Assembly: GCA_963845185.1 (NCBI GenBank)
Contig: CAWJRG010000010.1
Location: 1-64,000 of the forward strand
Direction of reading: 5' to 3'
DNA length: 64,000 nucleotides
DNA from: an uncultured bacterium
Lineage (GTDB): Bacteria > Oederibacteriota > PGYV01 > CAWJRG01
Part shown: in pieces, positions 30,501 to 38,125 of the stretch
Numbering within the stretch: position 1 is the first letter of the stretch
Layout of the letters: every line of letters begins with the position of its first letter
Translations under genes and position numbers: made by a program
The notes under the pieces: generated by a model
The model's input: the letters and a program-made list of their open reading frames with translations, nothing else
What the model was told of the DNA's origin: nothing
Databases searched by the model: none

Positions 30501-32048
30501 ACACAAACGCCGACTTACACAATAACAATGACATTTACCCAGGTAATATTATCAGCGACATTTACGCCGACTTACACAATAACACCTACAGACACGCCGA
30601 CCTATACACATACCATGACATCTACGCCGACATTTACTCCCACATCAACATATACTTACACATATACAGCCACGCTGACTGACACACAAACGCCAACTTA
30701 CACAATAACAATGACATTTACCCAGGTAATATTATCCGCGACATTTACCCCGACTTACACAATAACACCTACAGACACACCGACCTATACACACACCATG
30801 ACATCTACGCCGACATTTACTCCTACATCAACATATACTTACACATATACTATAACGCTGACGTCCACATATACCATAACGCCGACATACACCACGGTCA
30901 TAGTATCAGCTACATTTACTCCCACATATACTGACAGCCCGACCCTGACAGCCACCCCGACATATACCGACACAAAAACAGCCACATTGACTTATACCGG
31001 AACTGTTACCCTCACATATACATATACAGTCACAATCACCGATACTTTCACTGACACGTTTACAGCAACGCCTACATATACGGATTCGCCGATAGATACT
31101 CTCACTTCCACGCCGACCTACAGCCCGACCATGACTTCCACTTACACTTTCACAAATACACCTACAGACACTGACACGCGCACTATAACAATGACATTTA
31201 CCTCGACATCCACGCCTACGGTCACCCGCACATATACAGACACGCTGTCACCGACTTCAACTTACACTCATACAGTTACATATACCTACACATACACGGT
31301 TACTGAAACATTGACGCGCACTTCATCCCCGACCATAACAGCCACATACACCATTACGGCTACGCCCAATATCAACACGCCTGTCACGCCTTCTGTTTCG
31401 CTATCTGTTAGCGGCGACAACCCGAGGCTCGGCGCCAAAATTACCTATACCCTTGTCATTGACAATACTTCAAACACAACTATCAGCAACATTTCTATAT
31501 GGGACACGCTTCCGGGAGAGCTTTCTTTGGTATCTATCAGCCTGCCGCTTGTCCCGACTCCTACCATATCAGGCAATTACATCGCATGGAACCTGACAGG
31601 AACTGCAGGAACACTTGCGCCGGGACAGTCCATAGTTGTCGAATTCACTGTTGATTTGACTTCCTTTGACCCGGCAAAACTGCCTGTTACAAATATCATG
31701 GCCATTAATTACAACGACCCGTTTTACAACGTCACCAAGCACCCGCCCGTTTACTCAAACAACAGTTTTTACCCTGAGGGCAAGCCTGTTGTTTATCCAA
31801 ACCCGTATAACCCGAACAGGGCTATCGGAGGCATGCTGAAATTTGAAAATGTGGTCCCCGGCTGCTCAATACAGATTTACACTATATCCGGCGAACTGGT
31901 TTCATCCATCGAGGCTCAGAGTATCATTGCGTACTGGGACGGTAAAAACAGGTATGGTGAAAAAGTGTCTCCCGGCATTTATTATTTCGTTATTACAAAC
32001 CCGGGAAGCAGCGCTATAAACGGCAAGATTTTTGTGATTTATAACTAA
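24519..32048 (+). CDS. Giant secreted GH8-like glycoside hydrolase with DUF11 domains, Thr-rich repeat stalk and T9SS-like C-terminal domain
   Basis: VSEGHGYALLMAA and SATDGDVDTA GH8 motifs; KAVDKTYA..NVTITDTIP DUF11-like modules; YPNPYNP..IYTISGELV..WDGKN..SPGIY..KIFVI. Confidence 0.8.
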   Translation: MKFKLFLLTGLFIGLFSSLSFGVFTLTANVNSYYPLTTGPQMPFPRFSNYTAGGTTTLYTLSDWRHQPAGVAHAEMEKWIRDAWQMYLNSWVQVGTTAITYQLANGTNATPVQLYLDSSELFNATSGVSEGHGYALLMAAQMADKNAFDSLWFWLNENSMFNNTKIYSTGNIVDAGYQYGAHVPAWAAAGSDSATDGDVDTAMGALIAWKQWGDNTGYYAAGGTGPVNTNNLPAIQYKEMALDSIRFLVALSGGPSHATAVNAWATGDVGFDGYHKSGNTWGEMTNFVAPSGTGGTCGATNGPVSQGPSTTYYDYTGPSYWHCFASTLINNGDPIDNNNTTLLWCNGTGTGNWNVSQLQKVAASDAWLQSQLTNNYTFPVAGQVSLNGTTATFTNFNEGEDFRSIWRQTLDYLLYGNPAAANTWNPTTHTIDGSTPNTAEYNAAIKIYNFFKNYATCYQPGTYQIHFNIPEMIWSNYTLAGVPMSTTDHIPYLLGSATAAVVAAANANNDFLFMERWYRELSTLWDDQVDGTGIQAGYLACYPKYFHDFFRMLGLIIITGNYVDPCNWTPKANMKIYKAVDKTYAFPNDLVTFWLNYRNYGSVNATNVTITDTIPTAFNFVSATNGGTASGQTVSWSIGTVNGLQQQNYAGTEGGVTLVVQVKSNAALGHYCNYADIACSNGTGWTSNISPNEVSYVMRRNCVDIVTAALALTKTASVAWAKPNDTITYTLNYCDSSNAGWLNGGRPGAIFSIGAENTSGANQYILFVFRGMHSASEPWIDWGNYRLSYFVYSQGQGFSLIQNRVEGTTGISVTAETLIPGCINNNTQCWDERIIMKNNASVTMPTHLLMKFFNNMPNMHYPDGDINNGGTGTNSPLLFELRLQTNPYVTTHNWALDYSSLPYTGAYSYKDAGDTNPTNWLFPIGPDWTAGDGTSVTVPQINRDSCDGANPMITNVLVEEWDGYCWRRVYGNGPQPGREVTNVVLVDSLPTNLNWGGFITTSPAGTYTAGTRTMQWNIGSMLVSQCGQVQYYAIAGGSCPSATTLSAINTAFIYADHEAPVADSAIVSINCSAPPPVPPPSSITKTANTTVYKTGDNITYTINYTNLNGTVADSSANSTILSSAANWTLDSGAANTYAAGGITLPNGAGKSRYNYSYGTNGEIMASINMTNNSSTFGVYFRSTLAFTMNVCGTGTSCAITLWNGTTALVTSNYSFNSMNVDLRIDLIGSTINIYLKDRSQTSWNVLPTISYTTAPTTAGYAGIINGDPTGSGGNGSQTFIKWYTSLDAAFNTLIYDTIPTGVSFVSASNSGAVVNGAVQWPLIAQLNYGQSIAYTWVGSVTANCTTLYNSAYAAPMGVTYSVGNQMSVSVSCGTVVPTRTNTTGPSPTLTFSPTYTGTPTATNSPTFTNSPTPTATPTNTATRTYTPTNSPTPTFTYTMTSTPSSTRTVTYTYTYTVTPTPTSTFTPTLTNTVSVTYTRTYTPTYTQTDTPTATSTYTNTMTPTPTLTRTATYTYTSTITLTDTPTSTPTLTITTSMTFTRTYTPTYTQTDTPTATPTYTNTLSPTSSLTRTATYTYTYTITLTDTPSSTPTFTITTSMTFTRTYTPTYTQTYTPTATPTYTNTLSPTSSYTQTVTYTYTYTITLTDTPTPTPTSTITTSMTFTRTYTPTYTQSDTPTATPTYTNTLSPTSSYTRTATYTYTYTITLTDTPTITSTITPTYTITMTYTVVIISATITPTYTITPTDTITKTSTPSSTNTVTYTYTYTITLTDTQTPTPTSTITTSMTFTRTYTPTYTQTDTPTATPTYTNTLSPTSSYTRTVTYTYTSTITLTDTPTFTSTSTPTYTITMTYTVVIVSATITPTYTATPTDTITKTSTPSLTSTVTYTYTYTITLTDTPTFSPTLTNTVSATYTRTSTPTYTNTATYTYTDTVTLTSTSTPTYTITMTYTVVIISATFTPTYTITPTDTITMTSTPTLTHTITYTYTYTATLTDTQTPTYTITMTFTQVILSATFTPTYTITPTDTPTYTHTMTSTPTFTPTSTYTYTYTATLTDTQTPTYTITMTFTQVILSATFTPTYTITPTDTPTYTHTMTSTPTFTPTSTYTYTYTITLTSTYTITPTYTTVIVSATFTPTYTDSPTLTATPTYTDTKTATLTYTGTVTLTYTYTVTITDTFTDTFTATPTYTDSPIDTLTSTPTYSPTMTSTYTFTNTPTDTDTRTITMTFTSTSTPTVTRTYTDTLSPTSTYTHTVTYTYTYTVTETLTRTSSPTITATYTITATPNINTPVTPSVSLSVSGDNPRLGAKITYTLVIDNTSNTTISNISIWDTLPGELSLVSISLPLVPTPTISGNYIAWNLTGTAGTLAPGQSIVVEFTVDLTSFDPAKLPVTNIMAINYNDPFYNVTKHPPVYSNNSFYPEGKPVVYPNPYNPNRAIGGMLKFENVVPGCSIQIYTISGELVSSIEAQSIIAYWDGKNRYGEKVSPGIYYFVITNPGSSAINGKIFVIYN
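28650..31390 (+). repeat. ~2.7-kb Thr-Xaa alternating tract with 186-bp and 183-bp higher-order repeats
   Basis: Equivalent TRTY-coding positions at 28951, 29137, 29323 and 29509 (period 186); CCCAGGTAATATT at 30538 and 30721 (period 183). Confidence 0.9.
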
Positions 32049-32120
32049 GCAAGCGTTTATACAGTTTTGTTTTGCGGGGAATAAAGATAAATTTCAAAAT
32101 TTTCGGGCGATAAAACTCTG

Positions 32121-34247
32121 CTATAATATTTTATATTCTTTCATTTTCGCTTTCAGTGTGTTCCTGTTTATGCCGAGCATTGCGGCTGTTTTTGACTTGT
32201 TGTAATTCGTCTGTATCAGTATTTCCTCGACAAGTATCTTCTCAAGTTTCCCTACTATATTGGCATACAGGTTCTCGTCGCCTGTCATTTTTACTTCCTC
32301 TGTCACCCAGTTTTTCAGGCTAAACTTATCGTCAGCGGAATTCTTGGCGTAGTTTATCACCGAGTCAGGTATCGCGGATTTGTCTATTATGTCGTTCCTC
32401 GCAAGTATTACGCTCTTTTCAATTATGTTTTCAAGTTCCCTTATATTGCCCGGCCATGTATAATTCATGAATATATTTTCCGCGTCGCGGTCAATGCCTT
32501 TTACGTTTTTCTTGTAAACCTTGTTGAATTTTTTTATGAAATAGTCAGCCAGAAGCAGCAGGTCATCCCGCCTTTCGCGCAAAGGCGGCATGTGGATGTT
32601 GATTACATTCAGCCTAAAAAACAAATCAGGCCTGAATTTATTCTCCTCTATCATTTTTTGCAGGTCTTTATTTGTTGCCGTGATTATTCGAATGTCAACC
32701 GGCACAATTTCCTCACTGCCCAGCGGCTGGATTTCCTTTTCCTGGATGGCACGCAGTATTTTCGGCTGCAGGTGCATCGGCATATCGCCTATCTCGTCAA
32801 GGAATAAAGTTCCTGTGTCCGCTATTTCAAATTTGCCTTTTTTATCGAAAACCGCGCCTGTAAAAGCGCCTTTTTTATATCCAAATAATTCCGACTCAAG
32901 CAGGTTCTCGGGGATTGCGGCGCAGTTCACGCTGATAAATTTGTTGTCACGTCTGTCGCTTAAAAAATGTATTACCTTTGCTATGAGCTCCTTGCCTGTG
33001 CCTGTCTCCCCTGTAATCAAAACAGACGCGGGCGTATTTGATATTGTCTTTACCTGTTCTATTACTTTTCTTAATGCTTCGTTTTTCCCGACTATATTCC
33101 TGAAACTGTACTCGTTTTTTAAAGTTTCCTTTAGCTCTATATTTTCAGTTATTAGCTTTCTTGTCTCCTCTTCCTGAAGCTGATGGTTCCTCACCCTGTA
33201 GGCAATCATCGAGGTTAAAAGCGTCATTGTATTTGTGATATCTTCAAAATGTTTTTTACTCTCAAATTTATTTTCAATCGCCAGGACTCCCAGTGCCTGG
33301 TTGTCTATTTTAATCGGCGAGGCTGTGAAAGATATCTGCCCCATGCCCGCCCTGTGTATCTTCATCCTGTTTAAGAATCTGGGCTCGTTGGCTATGTCTT
33401 TTACCGCTATTGTTTTGCCAGACTCGACAGCTCCTCCTATTATACCTTCCCCGATTTTGTATATTCCTTTTTTTATCGCCTCTTCGCTTATTTTATACCC
33501 GCAGTTGATTTTCAATGAACCCGGGTTGTCCTTGTCAAAAAGCACAAGCATGCCCCTTATTATTTCCATTTTGGTTTTTAAAATTTCCATGATTGAATTG
33601 AATATCTTGGGAAGGTCGTTTTCCTTCTCGATTATATCAAAAGCGCTTATAAGTATTTCCTGCGCGCTCACTTTCGACTGCAGGCTCTCCTGTGTCCGTT
33701 CCCTCAATATTATCTGCGCTGCAAGATCCGCCACCATGGTCAAAAGCTCAAGGTGATCCTCGGTAAAAGCGTTTACTGCGTTGCTGTCCACACTTATTAC
33801 TCCGATAAGCCAATTTTCTGTTTTTATGGGCACCGCTAGCTCCGCCTTTAGGTCTTTTCTTATGCTTACGTAAATCGGTTCCTGATTGATGTTGTTTAAA
33901 AGTTTTGGTGTTCCTGTTTTTGCCACCCAGCCTGTCACACCCTCGCCGATTTTCAATTTTGTGCTTTTCGCGGTTTCCTCTTTAAACCCCTTGCATGCGA
34001 GGATATCAAGTACGTTATTGTCCTTGTCTATAAGCATAACGCTTCCTGTAGTGGCATTTGTGAGCTCAACGCATTTTTCAAGTATTATTTCAAACAGTTC
34101 TTTGGCTGTGTGCGGCTTGTTCATTTCAACTGATATATAATGTATAAGCTTGAGCTTGTTGATTTTATTCTGCAGCAACTGACTGTCCTTAATGCCGTTA
34201 TAGGTTTCTGTCTTTATCTGTGATTCTTTTTTTGTCTTTTTTACCAT
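32121..34247 (-). CDS. NifA-like sigma54 enhancer-binding protein (GAF-GAF-AAA+-Fis HTH)
   Basis: Two GAF domains; GETGTGKE, ESELFG, GAFTGA, FLDEIG, WPGNIREL; C-terminal HTH. Confidence 0.92.
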   Translation of the reverse strand: MVKKTKKESQIKTETYNGIKDSQLLQNKINKLKLIHYISVEMNKPHTAKELFEIILEKCVELTNATTGSVMLIDKDNNVLDILACKGFKEETAKSTKLKIGEGVTGWVAKTGTPKLLNNINQEPIYVSIRKDLKAELAVPIKTENWLIGVISVDSNAVNAFTEDHLELLTMVADLAAQIILRERTQESLQSKVSAQEILISAFDIIEKENDLPKIFNSIMEILKTKMEIIRGMLVLFDKDNPGSLKINCGYKISEEAIKKGIYKIGEGIIGGAVESGKTIAVKDIANEPRFLNRMKIHRAGMGQISFTASPIKIDNQALGVLAIENKFESKKHFEDITNTMTLLTSMIAYRVRNHQLQEEETRKLITENIELKETLKNEYSFRNIVGKNEALRKVIEQVKTISNTPASVLITGETGTGKELIAKVIHFLSDRRDNKFISVNCAAIPENLLESELFGYKKGAFTGAVFDKKGKFEIADTGTLFLDEIGDMPMHLQPKILRAIQEKEIQPLGSEEIVPVDIRIITATNKDLQKMIEENKFRPDLFFRLNVINIHMPPLRERRDDLLLLADYFIKKFNKVYKKNVKGIDRDAENIFMNYTWPGNIRELENIIEKSVILARNDIIDKSAIPDSVINYAKNSADDKFSLKNWVTEEVKMTGDENLYANIVGKLEKILVEEILIQTNYNKSKTAAMLGINRNTLKAKMKEYKIL

Positions 34248-34374
34248 ATTTTTCCTTGTATCCAGAGTAATCCACCATAGCCTTGGCGAAGGCTGATAGT
34301 TTTGTCTCTTTTTTAATCAAAAATTTTTACCTATTATAAGGGTTTATTAATAAAATTTCAACACCAAAGTAAAA

Positions 34375-34423
34375 TGATTATTTTTTAACCACCTGTATTA
34401 AAAAATCCGTTAAAAATTAATCA
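34375..34423. promoter_or_regulatory. Candidate upstream activator sequences for the NifA-like protein
   Basis: TGATTATTTTTTAACCA (34375-34391) and CCGTTAAAAATTAATCA (34407-34423), 32 bp apart, upstream of the sigma54 promoter. Confidence 0.45.
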
Positions 34424-34485
34424 AAATTCATGGCTGCTGAATACCCCTCCTGTTCTTTACCCTTATTTTTAAGATACATTTTTTA

Positions 34486-34501
34486 TGGCATACCGATTGC
34501 T
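34486..34501 (+). promoter_or_regulatory. Sigma54 -24/-12 promoter of glnA
   Basis: TGGCATACCGATTGCT, exact GG-N10-GC spacing. Confidence 0.85.
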
Positions 34502-34576
34502 CTTATTAATTATATATACATTTATTTGACCATGGGTAGTTCTAACTGCCCTAAACTTTAGCAGCGGAGGTGAAAA

Positions 34577-34663
34577 ATGGATATGGCAAGCGAGAAATTG
34601 GGATTTTCTGTAACCCACCCACCATTCATTTCATCGTATTGTTTTACCACATCTTCCCCGTAA
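34577..34663 (+). CDS. Candidate 28-aa upstream ORF / small protein in the glnA leader
   Basis: GGAGGTG SD, ATG, MDMASEKLGFSVTHPPFISSYCFTTSSP*. Confidence 0.4.
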   Translation: MDMASEKLGFSVTHPPFISSYCFTTSSP

Positions 34664-34757
34664 TTTTAAGTTTTTGACCTGTTTGATGCATTTTTATTTA
34701 CGGCTTTCAATTATGCCGGACTAAAAATTTTAAAAATTTGCAAAAGGAGGCCATAAA

Positions 34758-36202
34758 ATGGCAGACGAAAAAGAAATCCAGAGAGTGTACAAGCTTATCA
34801 AGGACAACAACATCAAGTTCGTAGATTTAAGATTTATCGACATGCCGGGCATTTGGCAGCATTTCTCGGTTCCGGCCGGGGAGCTTTTCGAAGCGGATGG
34901 AAAGCCATCAAGCATATGGGCCGAAGCAATTGGTTTTGACGGCTCATCAATCAGGGGTTTCCAGAGCATCCACGAATCAGACATGCTGTTGTATCTCGAC
35001 CCGACAACTGCAATAGTCGACCCTGTGCTCGAAGTGCCGACAGTCAGCATTGTATGCGATGTTTTTGACCCGATTTCAAAAAAGCCTTATTCCAGGATCC
35101 GAGGTACATTGCGAAAAAAGCCGAGGAATACCTGAAATCCACAGGCATAGCCGACACGAGCTATTGGGGGCCCGAGCTGGAGTTTTTCATATTTAACGAT
35201 ATCAGGTTTGATTCAACTACAAACGGGACTTTTTACCACATTGATTCTATAGAAGGCAACTGGAACAACGGCCGTGAAGAGAACCCGAACCTTGGCTACA
35301 AAATCAGGAACAAGGAGGGTTACTTCCCTGTCCCACCGCATGATTCCATACAGGACCTGCGAAGCAAGATAGTTTTAAAAATGCTGGCATCCGGCATACC
35401 GGTTGAGGTCCATCACCACGAAGTCGCAACAGCCGGACAGTGCGAAATAGACATGAGGTTTGGCTCACTTACGAAAATGGCCGACAATACCATTCTTTTC
35501 AAGTACATAGTCAAGAATGTTTCCAAGCAGAACAACATGGTCGCTTCCTTCATGCCAAAGCCGCTTTTCGGCGACAATGGATCGGGGATGCATGTGCACC
35601 AGTCGCTCTGGAAAAACGGCACCAACCTTTTCTTTGACAAAAACGGCTATGCCCAGATAAGCGAACTAGCGAAGTATTATATAGGAGGCCTGTTAAAGCA
35701 CGCGAAGAGCCTGCTGGGTTTCTGCGCGCCGACTACTAACTCTTATAAAAGGCTTGTGCCCGGATTCGAAGCGCCGGTCAACCTTGTTTACTCAGCCAGG
35801 AACCGCTCGGCAGCTGTCAGGATTCCGATGTATTCGGAGAACCCAAAGACAAAAAGAATCGAGTTCAGGCCGCCGGATCCTTCCTCAAACCAGTACCTTG
35901 CCTTCTCGGCAATGCTCATGGCAGGCCTCGACGGTATACAGAACAAAATAGATCCTGGCAAGCCGCTCGACAAAAACATTTATGAGCTGTCCAAGGAAGA
36001 AATGAAAACCGTTCCTACAGTTACAAAATCACTTGACGAATCACTTGAGGCCCTTGAAAAAGATAACGCCTATTTGTTACAGGGAAACGTATTTACAAAG
36101 GATCTGATTGACACATGGATTGACTACAAAAAAGAAAAGGAAGTGGATCCTGTAAGATTAAGGCCGCATCCTTACGAGTTCAGCCTATACTTCGATATTT
36201 AA
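34758..36202 (+). CDS. glnA: Type I glutamine synthetase, single frameshift at ~35097
   Basis: [63 protein letters not shown] lacks one G of S-R-D-P. Confidence 0.95.
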
Positions 36203-36209
36203 TCTGATT

Positions 36210-36243
36210 ACAGCCGCCGTGTAGAGGCGCGGCGGCTGTTTTA
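36210..36243 (+). terminator. Intrinsic terminator-like hairpin after glnA
   Basis: ACAGCCGCCG / CGGCGGCTGT stem followed by a short T run. Confidence 0.6.
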
Positions 36244-36335
36244 TCCTTTTTCCTCTGCGGGGGCGGTTTGGTCAACCGCCCCTTTAAATTCCCGCCGGGC
36301 AATCCGGCGGTCAATAAATTCAGGAGGCGGATAAG

Positions 36336-37652
36336 ATGAAAAGGATTTTTTATGTCTTGTTTTTGCTTTTGGTTGTTTCTGTTTTTTCTTTCGCCGACAG
36401 CAATCAGGCCGCGGCAGCCGTGAAAATCGACTCAGGGGACACAGCCTGGGTGCTGGTGGCTGCGGCGCTGGTCATGCTTATGACGCCTGGACTTGCTTTC
36501 TTTTATGGCGGTCTGGTAAGAAGAAAAAATGTTCTCGGCGTTTTAATGCAGTGCATGGCTGCCCTGTGCGTGATAAGCGTTCAGTGGGTTGTCTTCGGCT
36601 ATTCCCTTTCGTTCTCGCCAGGCAACGGGCTCATAGGCTCGCTTGACTGGTCATTCCTTAAAAACGTCGGCTACATGCCTTACGCGGAATACGCACCGAC
36701 AATTCCTCATAACGTATTCATGATTTTCCAGGCAATGTTTGCCATAATCACCCCAGCGCTTATACTGGGCGCTTTTGCCGAAAGGATGAAATTTTCATCC
36801 TATCTCGTTTTTATTTTGCTATGGGCGACTTTTGTTTATGACCCTGTTGCGCACTGGGTTTGGGGCTCGGGCGGCTGGCTGAAAAAGCTCGGCGTGCTTG
36901 ATTTCGCGGGCGGAACAGTCGTGCATATAAACGCCGGAATCGCAGCACTTGTGACAGCGCTCGTCATAGGCAAGAGGAAAAATTACAACCTCACTCCGCC
37001 GCCGCCGCACAACCTGCCTTTTTCCGTACTAGGAGCAGGGCTTTTGTGGTTTGGCTGGTTTGGTTTTAACGCAGGCAGCGCGCTTGCGGCAAACGGCATT
37101 GCCGGCAATGCTTTTATTGTAACAAATACATCTGCCGCAATTGCAGCCATAACCTGGGCCATACTCGACAAAATATTCAACAAAAGGCCGACAATGCTTG
37201 GCGCCATAACAGGCGCTGTTGCAGGCCTTGCTGCTATAACTCCATCAGCAGGTTTTGTAAATGTTTCCAGTTCGCTAATAATAGGCATAGTCGCGAGCTG
37301 CGTGTGCTTTTTCTTTGTAGTCGTTATCAAGGCAAAAGCCGGCTATGACGACACTCTTGATGCGTTCGGCGTCCACGGCATAGGTTGTATCTGGGGCACA
37401 ATGGCTACCGGGCTTTTCACGACAAAACTTATAAATCCCTCTGGCGCTGACGGACTTTTTTACGGCAACCCGCACCAGTTCCTCATCCAGCTTCTTGCAG
37501 TGGGAGTAACGGTTGTTTATTCCTTTGTAGCGACTCTCATTATTTACAAAATCATTGACCTGGTAATGGGCGTCAGGGCCGTGGCCAAGGATGAGGCAAT
37601 AGGGCTAGACCTGTCACAGCATCATGAAAGTGCGTACACATTAATAGAATAA
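36336..37652 (+). CDS. amtB: Ammonium transporter
   Basis: LMTPGLAFFYGG, LDFAGGTVVH, WFGWFGFN, DAFGVHG. Confidence 0.97.
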   Translation: MKRIFYVLFLLLVVSVFSFADSNQAAAAVKIDSGDTAWVLVAAALVMLMTPGLAFFYGGLVRRKNVLGVLMQCMAALCVISVQWVVFGYSLSFSPGNGLIGSLDWSFLKNVGYMPYAEYAPTIPHNVFMIFQAMFAIITPALILGAFAERMKFSSYLVFILLWATFVYDPVAHWVWGSGGWLKKLGVLDFAGGTVVHINAGIAALVTALVIGKRKNYNLTPPPPHNLPFSVLGAGLLWFGWFGFNAGSALAANGIAGNAFIVTNTSAAIAAITWAILDKIFNKRPTMLGAITGAVAGLAAITPSAGFVNVSSSLIIGIVASCVCFFFVVVIKAKAGYDDTLDAFGVHGIGCIWGTMATGLFTTKLINPSGADGLFYGNPHQFLIQLLAVGVTVVYSFVATLIIYKIIDLVMGVRAVAKDEAIGLDLSQHHESAYTLIE

Positions 37653-37708
37653 CTATGGTTTTTTTGTATTAAACTGGTAAAGATAAAACTTAATTTGGAG
37701 GTAAAAAT

Positions 37709-38050
37709 ATGAAGCTGATCATCGCGATAATCCAGCCAAGCAAGCTGGAGGAAGTAAAGCAGGAACTTTATAAAGTCGAAGTAAACCTCATGACGGTAAA
37801 TGAGGTCCTTGGCCACGGCAGGCAAATGGGTATAACCGAGATTTACAGGGGCGTGAAGGAAACAGGCAACCTTTTGCGTAAGATCCGTCTGGAAATAGCT
37901 GTCAATGACAATTTTGTCGAGCCTACAGTAAAAGCCATAATGAAAGGCGCGCAGACAGGCGAAACCGGGAACGGCAAGATATTTATAATGCCGCTTGAAG
38001 AATGTATAAGGATAAGAACAGGAGAAAAAGGAAAGGTAGCTATAGGATAA
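37709..38050 (+). CDS. glnK: PII nitrogen regulatory protein
   Basis: MKLIIAIIQP, GHGRQ, TGETGNGKIF, IRIRTGE; directly after amtB. Confidence 0.92.
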   Translation: MKLIIAIIQPSKLEEVKQELYKVEVNLMTVNEVLGHGRQMGITEIYRGVKETGNLLRKIRLEIAVNDNFVEPTVKAIMKGAQTGETGNGKIFIMPLEECIRIRTGEKGKVAIG

Positions 38051-38072
38051 ATCACAGTTTAAAATATTACAA

Positions 38073-38121
38073 AATAAAAAAGCCTTCCGGTAAATACAGT
38101 TTACAGGAAGGCTTTTTTATT
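38073..38121. terminator. Bidirectional intrinsic terminator
   Basis: AATAAAAAAGCCTTCC..GGAAGGCTTTTTTATT between convergent genes. Confidence 0.85.
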
Positions 38122-38125
38122 GGTT

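Noticed and set aside
28650..31390. CRISPR array or ice-nucleation protein
   Set aside because: The repeats are in-frame coding with no unique spacers and lack the InaZ 16-residue GYGS/TxT unit.
32121..34247. Calling the activator nifA / nitrogen fixation
   Set aside because: No nif genes in the window and no TGT-N10-ACA site noticed in the intergenic region.
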